From the NCBI RefSeq assembly GCF_009914755.1, contig NC_060934.1: a stretch of DNA of 64,000 bases; one strand, written 5' to 3'. This DNA comes from the human T2T-CHM13v2.0 reference genome, Homo sapiens. The position numbers were made by a program, and so were the translations under genes. The notes under the pieces were generated by a model that was not told the DNA's origin, searched no databases, and worked only from the letters and a program-made list of their open reading frames with translations. Numbering within the stretch: the first letter of the stretch is position 1; every line of letters starts with the position of its first letter. This document shows positions 1 to 13,020 of this stretch, piece after piece.

Positions 1-900
1 GCCGGCAGGCGGAGGAGGAAGCGGCGGGGCGGAGGCGGCGGCGGCCGGGAAGAACTAGAGGTATTCCCCGGGCGGCTGGAGGACTGAGTCGAGCCGGGAC
101 CCGAGTCCTCCGGTATCCCAGCAGCCACCGGAGGCAGTGAGGTAATGGAGGAAGAATGTAGGGAGACCTCCAGTGGACCGCACTCCTTCTAGCGAGCCGC
201 GGAAACCATAGAGATCAGGGCTCAGCCGGAGGGCCGGCCCACTGCTGTCACGTGGCCTCCATCCGTGCGCTTTATTGGCTGGTGCTGGCTTTACGGGGTT
301 GAATTTTGGACGCTGCCTGCCATTCGTGGGACCGAGTTTCAGGCAGCTGGAATAAAGAGAGACATCGGGGGAAAGCCGCGAGAAGGCCAGCGTCCCTGGC
401 TGGGAGCAGAGCTAGCCGAGTAGGGCGCCCGGCTGTCAAACTGGCCGGCGCAGTGCACGCTGGGCCGCCCCGGAGCGGTCGCAGAGCCCGTCGGGAGTCG
501 TAGTCCGGGACGGGCCCGCGGCATTGTCCGCGACGCAGCTCGGGATCCGGGTCGGGGTGTCGGCCGGGTTGCTGCCGGGCACCGTCGAGCGTTAGCCACC
601 CAGCATTGAGCTGCCAGCGGCTGTTCTCCCTAAGCACCCTCGCTCACGTCGCCTCGCCTCGCCTCGCCTGACCGGCCGCAGCCTTGGATACCAGCCTTAA
701 ATCGAGCCGACTACGGCCCAGCCCCGCCCGCGGCGAGGTGCGCGGGGTTCGGTGCCAGCCGCTCGCCCCTGGCGGGGCCAGCCTCTTGATGCACCGGGGA
801 CGGGCGCCCCCATCCGACTCTTCGAGGGGCGGCAGGGCCCCATCTGTGTCTTTCGCTCTCGAGCCCCCAGCTAGAGTTGGCTTCAGCGGAATACCTACTG
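1..900. promoter_or_regulatory. CpG island, probable bidirectional lncRNA promoter (LINC00863 / NUTM2A-AS1 type)
   Basis: Very GC- and CpG-rich, with a GGGGCGG GC box (26-32) and an inverted CCAAT (attgg 274-278). There is a + strand donor-like GAG|GTAATG at 141/142 and a - strand donor-like TAG|GTATTC at 895/894. Composition drops sharply to AT-rich after ~980. The lncRNA names are inferred from position ~15 kb upstream of NUTM2D. Confidence 0.75.
21..48 (+). repeat. Short interrupted CGG tract: CGG-AGG-(CGG)3
   Basis: Reads gcggcgggg cgg agg cgg cgg cgg ccgg: CGG 30-32, AGG 33-35, CGG x3 36-44. Confidence 0.85.
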
Positions 901-1434
901 TGCGGGATTATTCAACAAGCCGATTGATCACATTCTTCAGCTCTAGCAGTGCAAAGGCTTCACTGAAAAAGAACATTACAAATTTTTTTTGAAAGAAATT
1001 TGGGGGTAAATTTAATTTTAAATACTGATTTTTGATAACATTTGATCTTATGACAGCATTTGTATTTTTAATTACAGATAGGATTACACTAAAAGTCATT
1101 TCTGACCTGCTCCCTTACCCTTATGGCTAAAATAAACGGCTAGGCCCTGAAGCAAAGGCGAGCCATGTTCTAGAGCACTGTCTTTCTTGTATTAAAATAC
1201 GGCCCCATGCTCACAAAAAAAAAAAAAAAAAATTTTGGAGTGTAAACATATACATCATCTTAATTTGAGTCCTTATGTGTTGACGGTGTGCAGGGAAGAA
1301 TGGGAAAGTAACTGTAAGTGGAGCTCAGAAAGAACTAACAAATTCATGAAAAAGTGACATTATTGCTGGTCTATTTTTTTTTTTAATTTTCTGCTTCCTC
1401 ACACTCTCCCATACTAAATGAATTATTTAGTGGG

Positions 1435-1735
1435 TTTTTTTTTTTGTTTTTTTTTTTTTGTGATACGGAGTTTTGCTATTGTTGCCCAGGCTGGCACGAT
1501 CTTGGCTCACCGCAACCTCCGCCTCCCAAGTTCAAGTGATTCTCCTACCTCAGCCTCCCAAGTAGCTGGGATTACAGGCATGCACCCCCGCGCCCGGCTA
1601 ATTTTTTCTGTTTTTATTAGAGACGGGGTTTCTCCATGGTGGTCAGGCTGGTCGCAAACTCCCGACCTTAGGTGATACGCCCACCTCGGCCTCCCAAAGT
1701 GCTGGGATTACAGGCGTGAGCCACCGTGCCCGGCC
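1435..1735 (-). mobile_element. AluS element with small internal deletion
   Basis: Poly-T tail then antisense Alu consensus ending gtgagccaccgtgcccggcc. About 10 nt (agtgcaatgg-like) are missing after cccaggctgg. Confidence 0.9.
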
Positions 1736-4700
1736 GACAGGTGTTTTTTATGAGTTACAGACTATGTGCTTTCAGAATGAGGCAACCGATTTAAGGATGT
1801 AAGCATAATTTAAGGATATTGAAAATGATATAGGAATAAATTTTGTTTAGTCATTCATGGATTTATTCATTTTCAGATGACTATGTGTGTGAATATTTAA
1901 GAATTCTAAAACCGCATGGGATTACTTATAACTATATAGGAGCCTAACACGATAATGGAATCAGAATATACTTTGCTGAAGGGAGGAGGCTTTTAACTGA
2001 AAGTCTTCTCTCTACGTTTTTATGTCTCTAACAGGAATCCACTGAAGACCTACATTTCCCGGAAGGTTAACAGCCCCCTTCTCAGTTTTCCTGGTAAAGT
2101 GTTTTTATATTGGTAGAATACCTTCTGTCACACTCTATATTTTTCTTATCTCAAGTAGAAAAAAATTTTGCCCTTTTGCTTGGGACTGTTAACAGCCCTG
2201 GTAGTGGAAAGTAGAAGGAAATGATTCTGTGAATTTTCTGTTATATAAATTTTAGCCAGTTTAGGACTTTTGAATGAGGGGCCATACAGCCAAGGATTTA
2301 GGATTTCAGCTCAGGAAAGAAAACTGCATAGGTGTTTAATCGTGTCCTAGCCACTTATTAGCTGGGTAACTTTGAGCAAGTTTTATACATATCCTTCCCA
2401 TGAGTTTTTCATTTCTAATACTGGCTGTGTAATACAGTATGTTTCATAGACTTGCTGTAATAATCGATGGAGTGTATCTAATAGTGTTTATTTTACTGTA
2501 ACTGGGCCACAGTTAGGAAGTACTCAATTAAAATTAGCCGTCATTATTCCTAGTATTAATATGGTGATGAACAGCTAAAGAGCATTTAAATAATTATCAT
2601 TAATATGGATAAATTTTGACCATACCTGAATAAATATTTATAATATAACTGTTGAGAGTATACAAGTTTAATATTTTAGGGAAATACAATGTCAAATTCT
2701 ATCAAGCTCTATTTTCAAACTAAAACAATAGCAGTTTGCTTTCAGATATTTTGAATATTATTGTGACATTTCCCCCTTCTACCTTTCTGGGACCTTGGAT
2801 ACAGGAACCATGTAAGGGTAAATCGTTTAGGTCTTCGTTGTGGGACAGGGGTGATATACTACAGTTCCACAGGGGCTGAGCCAGGTTTCAAGGGTGAGAT
2901 AGAGAGCTGATGGTAAAAATAACAATGAGAGCAAAGGCCAAAATGTATGGAGTATTTATTATGTGTCAGACATTTTTCACTAAGCATTCTAGTACAATAT
3001 TTCTTCAGATCTATGAAGATCTTAATCTTAAGTAGTAAATGGTTTTATTATAACCACTATACAAAATAGAAACACTAACATAAAAAGGTTAAATAATCTG
3101 TTTAAATTATCTTGGATTATCAACCCAATTAGCTGTGTCCTCAGAACAGAAGCTGGTAGCACTACACTGAACTATACCACACTTGCAAGCCTTCAGAGGA
3201 AAATTCCCTAAGAGAAAATGGTATTTATGACTCAATATTTCTTCCCATACCCTCAGTGACTTACGGTATTTATTTACTAAATGCCAAAGCAGATAGTCCA
3301 ATAGGAAATATGTAGCTAAATGGCCTGCGAAGAGAAGGGAATGTCAAATAACAGGCAAAATAGAATCTGACACCCTAGGTCTCAGCAAGTGTTTTGAATG
3401 GACAATAAAGAAAGTGACTAGAATGTAACCTCTGAAAAAATGTTGTGAAGCACCAATGGCCTTGAAAAAATCTAGGGAGCTGATGTAAAGGACATCCACT
3501 TCATAATGACAATTGTTGAACAAATTACTTGTTGGAGATGGAGTTGCAGACAAAACAAATATTTACCACTGCTTTAAAATACGTTTATTGTACTCAGGAG
3601 AAGAGTCTGGAACTGTGGTTTCAGAATGAGCTTATCCAACAGTAAGAAGAGGACTGGGGCATACCTTTTAAAATAATAATGATATATTTATAATCATCCT
3701 AGTGTGATTTATTTACCTTTTAGTAAATCAAGTTCTCAGAAAACTAAAGTAAAAAAATCTTAACATTACATATGCAGGACTTAATCTGAATAATCATAAA
3801 TTTTCATAAACTTAATTTACATACCACACCATAGTAGCTGTGATATAGTAAATTAATAAGTTTTTTGTACTATGGTGTAACTCTTTCATCCTAAGAATAA
3901 AAAAGATTCTATTATGTCAAAAGACATGTATCTGGATGGTTAAAAAAATCCAATCATACATAACTGAAGAAAATGTAGGTATTTTAGTGGAATAAGAATG
4001 TGATATATGAAAACAGAAAAATAAATATCTTCAATGTTACTTAAAGAAACAGAATTAACAAAGATGTATCATGGAAGAGAGGATAGTTCTGTAAAAACAC
4101 ATAAAATAACTTTCAAAGATGAAAATTTTACATATGTAAAAGCATTTGTCAATGAAAGTAATAATAATTCCATTCATGCATTTGTTCATGTATAACCAAT
4201 AACTTACTTGTGATGCCATAGAAAAAATTCAAGCATCAAACTGAAAAGCAGATTTTAATAGGTAAGAAACTAGTGGCCTTTAAGCTGACAATATATTTGT
4301 TTGAATAAAAAATATTATTATTTTAAAATAATCAAATTAGCAAAATACAAAAAAAAACATTTCACATGAATATCTTAATTTTTGGTATGTGTTTAAATAT
4401 CAGGACATTTACTCATATTCTTCATAAACAGAGTCATAAGTCTTAGTAGATGCTGCCATGTGTAGGCGGGTTGTCTTCTCTAATTATCCTCAGTCCCCAC
4501 CATTCCATAGTGTCCCCAAGTAGAGATATTACTGACATTTTTCATTTATTGCCATAATTTAGCTGTTGTTTTTCACAGTCAGCTTGCCTTCTTTATTTTA
4601 ATATTTGTATACCACATAGGCATCTCAGTGTTTCACTCTTGCTATGAGACAGCCATAGATCTCTTTTGACCTAGAGTTTTTTATTCTCTTTGTTTTTCAA

Positions 4701-5464
4701 AATTATTTTCCCTAAAAGAATGGAACCTATGAGCCTCCAAATCATGCATTTAAACTCAATCACCTCTAGAAAACAATGGTAAACTATTCAGAAAGAATGA
4801 AGAGAATAAGTGAATTCTCCAAACCCAGAGCTAATGAGTGCCAGCTCTGAAAATGAAGTCCTTGATTCTTGACATCTGGCCTAGTGTGCCTAGGAAGTAT
4901 AATCAGTTACTCTGACTCAGTCATTTTAATAATTGAAGTAAACTACTTAACAGTTAAACATTATATACTTAAAATACTTAAATTAGCTTAGATATAATCG
5001 AAGAATTTCACTTTTTAACTCCAAATAATGAAGTGTTTGGTTGTAGGGTATTAGATCTTTCATGGAAGAAAGTAGTCCCGTAAGTCTAAGTACAAATTTC
5101 AAATGTAAAATAAAACTGATCAAGCCAGAGACCAGGTTTGGCAAAAAGTATCATTTGATATGACTTGTAAAATGTCAATTATTGTGAACAATTTTAAAAA
5201 GACCTCATCAGACCATATTGCATGTTCTCGTAAAGGGGAAAAGAAGTATATAACAGCATGTACTGAATACTGTATACCCATTATACATCGGGCTTTTTAG
5301 ATTCATTCTACCATTTAATTTTTATGGACATGCTGGGGATACGGTATTGTTATCATCCTTATTCTTTAGTGAGAACTGAGATTTACAAAAGAATAAGTAA
5401 ATTTTCCAAAATTAATTACTGATAATGTGTACACAGACCATTTCCAAATTCATGAGATAATTGC

Positions 5465-5822
5465 TGTTTTAGTTACTTTGGGCTGTTAAAACAAATTACC
5501 GTAGACTGGGTGACTTAATCAGAAAACGCGTGTTCTCACAGTTCTGGAGGCTGGAAAATTTAAGATAAAGGTGCTTGCACATCCAGTGACTGATGAGGGC
5601 CTGTTTCTTTGTTTGCACATGGCCATTTTCTCATTGTATACTGACATGGCGGAGACTGAGAGAGAGAAAGAGATTATCTCTTTGATGTCTCTTCCTATAA
5701 GAGTATTAATCTCATTCACCAACTAATTACTTCCCAAGGGCCCACCACTGAATACTATCACACTGGGGACTAGGGTTTCACCATACGAATTTTGAAGGCA
5801 CATAGACATTCAGTTTTAGCAA
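5465..5822 (-). mobile_element. MLT1-type MaLR solo LTR
   Basis: Typical motifs: aacaaattaccgtagactgggtgactt, ttctcacagttctggaggctggaa, aatactatcacactgggg, acattcag. Confidence 0.75.
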
Positions 5823-6980
5823 CTGCTAACAATATTACTCTTAGACAACCATTTTTCTCACTTAAATATTTTCAATCAATTATTTAATAAATGGAAGCAG
5901 TGGGATTACCTTGGTATGACCATAAGAATTTATCTGGGAGATGTCTATGTGTGTGTGCATGTGTGTGTGTATGTTTATCGTGGGGAAGAAGTTTGTGAGT
6001 AGAAGCAGTGGATTGAGAATCTGGATAAGAAAATATTCTATTGATCCTGGTGATTTGAATGTACGATAGGAGCTGGTTGTCAACTGATTTAATCAGTGGG
6101 TATTTCAGTATGAGGCATAGTTGGTGACTGAGCTTTCATGTGGTAATCTGAGGTGAATATTGACATAGAATTAGAATTATAACTCACATAAATTCACACA
6201 AAAACATTTTTACATTGCCTACTGATTTTTATACATATAACCAAGAAATAAAGTATATGGTGGCCACCTTTCTCCAGGGATTTATAGGGTAATTAGATGA
6301 ACTCTTCCAATAATTATAAAAATAAGAACTGAAATAACAAGTGCATATTCTGAATTACAAAAATCATTCAAAGTAACAAAAAGCTTATATCTTTGATCCC
6401 AATAACCTATTTTAATTTTCTTTTTAAAATAAAAGTGTTAGAGGCAAAAAAAAAGCCATAACTAAACCAAGTACAGATAAAGGAAATAAGAATGAGAAAC
6501 AGTGTATGTGTGTGTGTATGTGTGGGCATGCCTATAGGTATAGTTGTGTGTGAATTTAAGTGAACACACTTACTAATTGAATAAAATACAGTAAGTGTTT
6601 GTATATGTATCTGCATGTTTGTGTCGTATTTTGGAGTTGTTATTCAGCTTTTACAGAATATTCAAATAGAAAACCAAATAAGATTGTCACCTATATTGCA
6701 TAAATAACCAGAGAAAAGTCACTTAAGTGGCCATAAAAGAAATGTTGAACATAAATGCAGAGAATTCTATTTAGAGTAAGAATGCCCACATGTATTACAG
6801 TCCCCAAAAAGCAATTAAGCAGAAGAAATTGCTTTCAGAGCTTGGAAAGATTTAAAGTGTTACCATTAAAGTTTGAGTTGGATGTTACTCCATGAAGAGA
6901 ATATATCCTTAAACACTGCTGCCCTGTGCATCAGAACATACTCACTCCGATATTGGACCTGTTGCTGGTTAGAAATGTCT

Positions 6981-8293
<1,313 letters not shown>

Positions 8294-8354
8294 AGAAATG
8301 TTTTCATTAATAATATTTCTCACCTTTTCTAGATATAAATTTAATTCACAGTTG

Positions 8355-8648
8355 GGCAGGGCATGGTGCCTCACACCTATAATCCGAGCACTTTGGGAGC
8401 CCGAGGCACGCGGATCACCTGAGGTTAGGAGTTCAAGACCAGCCTGGGCAACATGGTGAAACCCCGTCTCTACTAAAAATACAAAAATTACTACTCGGGA
8501 GGCTGAGGTAGGAGAGTCGCTTGAACCCGGGAGACAGAGGTTTCAGTGAGCCCAGATCGCGCCACCATACTCCAGCCTGGGCAACAGAGCGATGCTCCAT
8601 CTTAAAAAAAAAAAAAATCAAAATAAAATACAATAAAAAATAAAAATA
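8355..8648 (+). mobile_element. AluS with ~30-bp deletion at the start of the right arm
   Basis: Alu consensus jumps from aaaaatta directly to ctactcggg. TSD aaatttaattcacagttg (8337-8354 / 8649-8666). Confidence 0.9.
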
Positions 8649-8749
8649 AAATTTAATTCACAGTTGTAACCAGCCTAAATTAAAAATATTTCTTAAGAAA
8701 AAGATTGAGACTTTATGTTTTAGATAGTTGTGTTTTTATGACAGAATAC

Positions 8750-8751
<2 letters not shown>

Positions 8752-8788
<37 letters not shown>
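8752..8788. repeat. (CA)n microsatellite
   Basis: About 18 uninterrupted CA units. Confidence 0.95.
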
Positions 8789-8792
<4 letters not shown>

Positions 8793-11700
8793 AACTAAAG
8801 AACTTTTTCTGTTATATATCAAATCATACTTTTGTTAGTGTGTTTAATTTTATTTTATCTTTCTGTGTGTTTCTCTCATCAATTTATCTATTATCTGTCT
8901 CTTAATCAATCCATCCATTCATCCTTCCATTCAATCTTCTATTACTTTTAATATTTTTAAATAAACTGCCTTGTTGCTGTGATTTGTATTAATGTAGACT
9001 GGCAGAGCCTGAAATGACAGAAAGACTTTTATTTGCATGGAATCTCCTGGAATCAGCTAATAATTCACTATGGACTCTATTTACTCAGATTAATAACTGT
9101 GCAGAAATGTCATTACCTGAAGAGCACAAATCTGGGGACAGACAGAATTTTAATCATGGGCTCTGTCATGACTGATTGGTGATTTTGGTTGCTTAAATAA
9201 TCCAGACTCTAGTCTCCTCAATTATAAAACAGGGAATAATAATGGACTTTATTATATGTTAAGCAACATAAATTGCTTTGGGTATTCAAAGAAGATAATT
9301 AATTGCCGTGGATTAGGAATCTGAAATAGAAGCTTGAATTCCCAGGAGTGAAACAAATTTAGCAATATTTGCATGACTATTGGAGAACCAGGCCACTTAA
9401 CAGGTATACGTATGCCCCTCTGACTACCTCCTAGATATTTTCTGCCACGTCAGCAGTAGGCAGAGGACCAGTTGGCTTAGTGTCTATATTGTTTACATGT
9501 GGCAGCTCAAACAATGTGATATGAATATGAACTAAGGAGGGAGACACTTCACACTTAACATCTGTTCTTCAGTTTCCCCAACAGGATGCCTCCAAATGTG
9601 AAAGGAAACTCATCAATAACAAGCTGAGAAATGAGTCTAAACAACTGACATTTTGGAATAACATATTTGACATTTGTGAGGTCCACTGGTTGTGGCTTAA
9701 TCAAGAAAGCCATCAGATATCCACAGTATCCATCTTTTAGGCATACACATCTAAAAAACACATCCATTTGTCTTATTTTAAATCCATATTTTAACGTTCA
9801 AAATATTATTTCATGGATATTTTGCCACACGATTATGCTAGTTTTTACTATTTTCTCCCCTAGTGTGTAAAAGTACAAGAGAATACAAATTCCTTGGCAA
9901 GTCAGTTATTTAGTCATTTCAAATTTTGATATTTCCAGAAGTCATGAGGATTCTTCTCTCACAGATGTGATTATAAAACACATTTGATTTACCAACTTTT
10001 AGACTTCTGTTTTCTACAAATTAGCTCTCTTGCGCAAGTGGAGAAATAGCATATGTATTTGGTACTAAGTTTCCCTCATAATTGTCAGAACCTCACCATT
10101 TATTGTTTTGTAGAAACTGGGATTTAAAAAAAATTAGACCATATGATAATTTTGATATTAATACTCTTCTGAAAGACTAAGTGAATGAACTAGTCATCTA
10201 TATTCACTGATTAAAAACAAAATAAGACAAACTTATTCCATAGTACTTTGGGTTTGTCTAAAAAAAAATTCGTTTATAAATACTATTTCTGAGGGACAAT
10301 AGCATTTCTCTAGGATACATCTATGTACATGCAACTGAAGAAAATAGCTTTTAAATTTACTTTATCTCTTGTAGTAGTTTTATAGCTACATAAGAGTATT
10401 GTAATGCAAAAGGTACATCATAAAAACTGCTTTGTTATATGTTGTGTGCATTTGTATTTGTGTATTTACATATCGACAACGTACTCACTATTGTTCAGTA
10501 GCATATTTTATGATGAATGATGAAACCAGTACAAATTACATGTGAATTTGACTTATGAACTCTTCACATCCACTACCTCATAAACACTACAAGCTAGAGA
10601 ATGTAGGGACTTGAATCCACAAACCACAGATGTCAAGATTAATCTATTACGTTTTGAGTACTTGAAACTGCCTGTACAATTGAATTTATAGCTGTTTTTT
10701 AAAAAAGAAAATAGAACTGAGAAGTGCTACAGCAATCATACTTTGTGATTTAAAAGAAAATAAATACTATTAGTTCATGCCCAGAAAAACAAAAACAAAA
10801 ACAAAAAACTATGGGAACTTTATTACCCTTATCTATACTCTCCCACCTGCAAGAAAAAATGCCTCTCCTCACAATGAATAACACTAGGTAGAGGAAATAT
10901 TTCTGCTTAGTTTTAGAAGGAAGAGAAAAAAAAATTTTGAAACATTCATCGGTAAATAAGAATCTGAAGGAAAAGGCAATGTGGAGGAGGATAGGGCATG
11001 ACTTCACTGCTGGGAGGGAGATGTAGCCTGGCAGGCTCACAGCAACTTTTTCATAGTCAGAGCCACCTACCCAAAGGTAGAAACCAAAGCAAGTATAAGT
11101 CAGAAAAATAATCCTCAGTATATTACATTTAATGTCAAAACATACTTTGTAGAATATGTGAACTGCAATCTTATTTTGAGAGCTAATCTAGAATTATGAT
11201 TATATTTGGAAGCCTGATTCTGTTTGCCTCATTTGGTCCATTTGGTTGTACATTAAGGCTTGAACATAAGGTTTGTGATATAAAGCTGTCTTTAAATAGG
11301 CTCCATGACATTTAAAGTTATCTGCTGGGAAATAATCAACTTTTTCAAATTCATAATAGCCTTGCTTTGGGGAAATTAGTTTTGATTTGATGAGCAAATG
11401 GATCACTAAGGATCACTGAGATGGGGAGTAGTGATGGGAAGCAGTCATAGAAACCACTAGTTAACACATGTCACGGCTAATAATATCAGGTATTTTGATG
11501 CTAGTGTCAATGGGATCCAGCATGCCAGTTAATTTCAAAGAAAATAAACAACAACAAACACTTTGATTGTGTTATACAACCTGCAGTCATTATTTTCTAT
11601 TAGCTGTTATCTACCTGTTTATCCATTGATTGATTCATCAGTGTGTGTATGTGTGTGTGTGCATTTCAGAATGGAATGAGTGATGAAAATTATATTCTTT

Positions 11701-11856
11701 CGTGCATAGATATTTGTAGAGGGCCTGCTGTGTGCCAGATATTAAGCAATTGCAATTGAGTAAAATAGTATTTAAAAACTACTCACAGCCTTCAAGGAGC
11801 ACAGCGTCTAACTAGGGAACTCAGACAAGTAAATAGGCAATTACAGTGTAGGATAG

Positions 11857-12070
11857 TTCTGGGGATCAGAAAACAAAACCCCCAAATGAAAGCCTCAGCT
11901 GCAGCCTCAGAAACAAACATTTTTCTCTGACCTTCTCCAGTCCTCTTGTCTCTTAGTTCTATTCTCCCATAAGGCTGGCCATGGAAACTAGAATCTCTCT
12001 TCCACAACAGTGGGTCATAGTAGACAGAACCCCTAGAACCCCTTTTCTCCAAAGCCAGCCATAAAACCTA
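11857..12070 (+). mobile_element. MER39-like ERV1 LTR, 5' part only
   Basis: tctggggatcagaaaacaaaaccccaaatgaaagcctcag...ctgaccttctcc...ccccttttctccaaagccagccataaaaccta resembles the recalled MER39 consensus and stops abruptly. Confidence 0.7.
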
Positions 12071-12479
12071 TGGCTTTACTGCATTTTTTATGATGTCTTT
12101 ATTTGTAAATCCCACATAAGTAAGCGATTCTCATGGAAGCTTTTCTTGACTTTGGCCACACTCTTGCATCCACAACCAACTTGTGCTACCAAGTGAACAA
12201 ACTATGACTAAAGGCCTGTTCTTCCACTTTGCAGCTGCTCCTATCAGTGACAAATCAGCGTATTAGAACATGCATGCTGGCTGATCATTCTGATCAAGTC
12301 AACAAGCTTCACAACTTACTCAATGAGGTCGTCCGTGAGAACTTCACTGTTTTACGGGGACAGGAGCTACTTCTTTGCTGAACTGCATCACGGTTTCAAC
12401 TGCTGAGGTTTTCTTCAAGCTTTTGCATTGTTTGGAATGTGAAAGGCACGGCCGAGACACACTTTGAGGTTCCCACTGC

Positions 12480-13020
12480 ATTGTTACACCTCCCCCCTCA
12501 CTTCAGGGCCAGGTGAGCAAGGGAAAGGAGCGTGGCCTGGGCGTCCCGCAGGGCCCCCACTAGGAAAGCTATGAACGCTCCCGCCTTGAGCACAGCCACA
12601 GGCCTGCTCTGGTCACAATGTGGGGTCGCCCCGCGGACACTGGTGACCAGTGGGAGCATGACCAGGAGGTGATTACCTTCTGATCACCCTTGGCTTTATT
12701 TTTAGGTAACACCAAGAAGGACGCCATGAGAGCGAAGGCCGTTGGGTCACCGCCCTTTGCTCTCGCGCTGCGCGTCTCCCTGCCATCAACCGCCACTGGG
12801 AGCGGTTGAGGGCGGCCGGCCTCGCGCTGGAACCTCGCCCGCCTCAAGGCTCCTGCGGCGGCGCACGGGGCAGGCCAGGACCCGCCCTAGGAGGGCCCCG
12901 CTGGAGATGTGGAAATGGAGGGACGCGGCACCTGGGCGCTTCCTGGGGCCAGACAACGCCCCCTCATTGGAACCTCCATGACCCTGCCTCTGAGAAACCA
13001 GCGCGTCCGCAACGATCACT
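12480..13020. promoter_or_regulatory. Second CpG-rich island upstream of NUTM2D (candidate promoter)
   Basis: Dense CpGs and GC boxes (agggcggc, cccgccc) ~3 kb upstream of the first NUTM2 coding exon. Confidence 0.55.

Noticed and set aside
272-992. Several 65-121 aa ORFs in the CpG island
   Set aside because: Arg/Pro/Gly-rich products expected from GC-rich sequence, mostly with non-ATG starts and no recognisable domain.
12075-12450. - strand AATAAA plus short A-run, suggesting a processed pseudogene or terminal exon
   Set aside because: No sustained ORF or TSD. The fragmentary translation is at best vaguely Tigger-transposase-like and cannot be assigned without a search.
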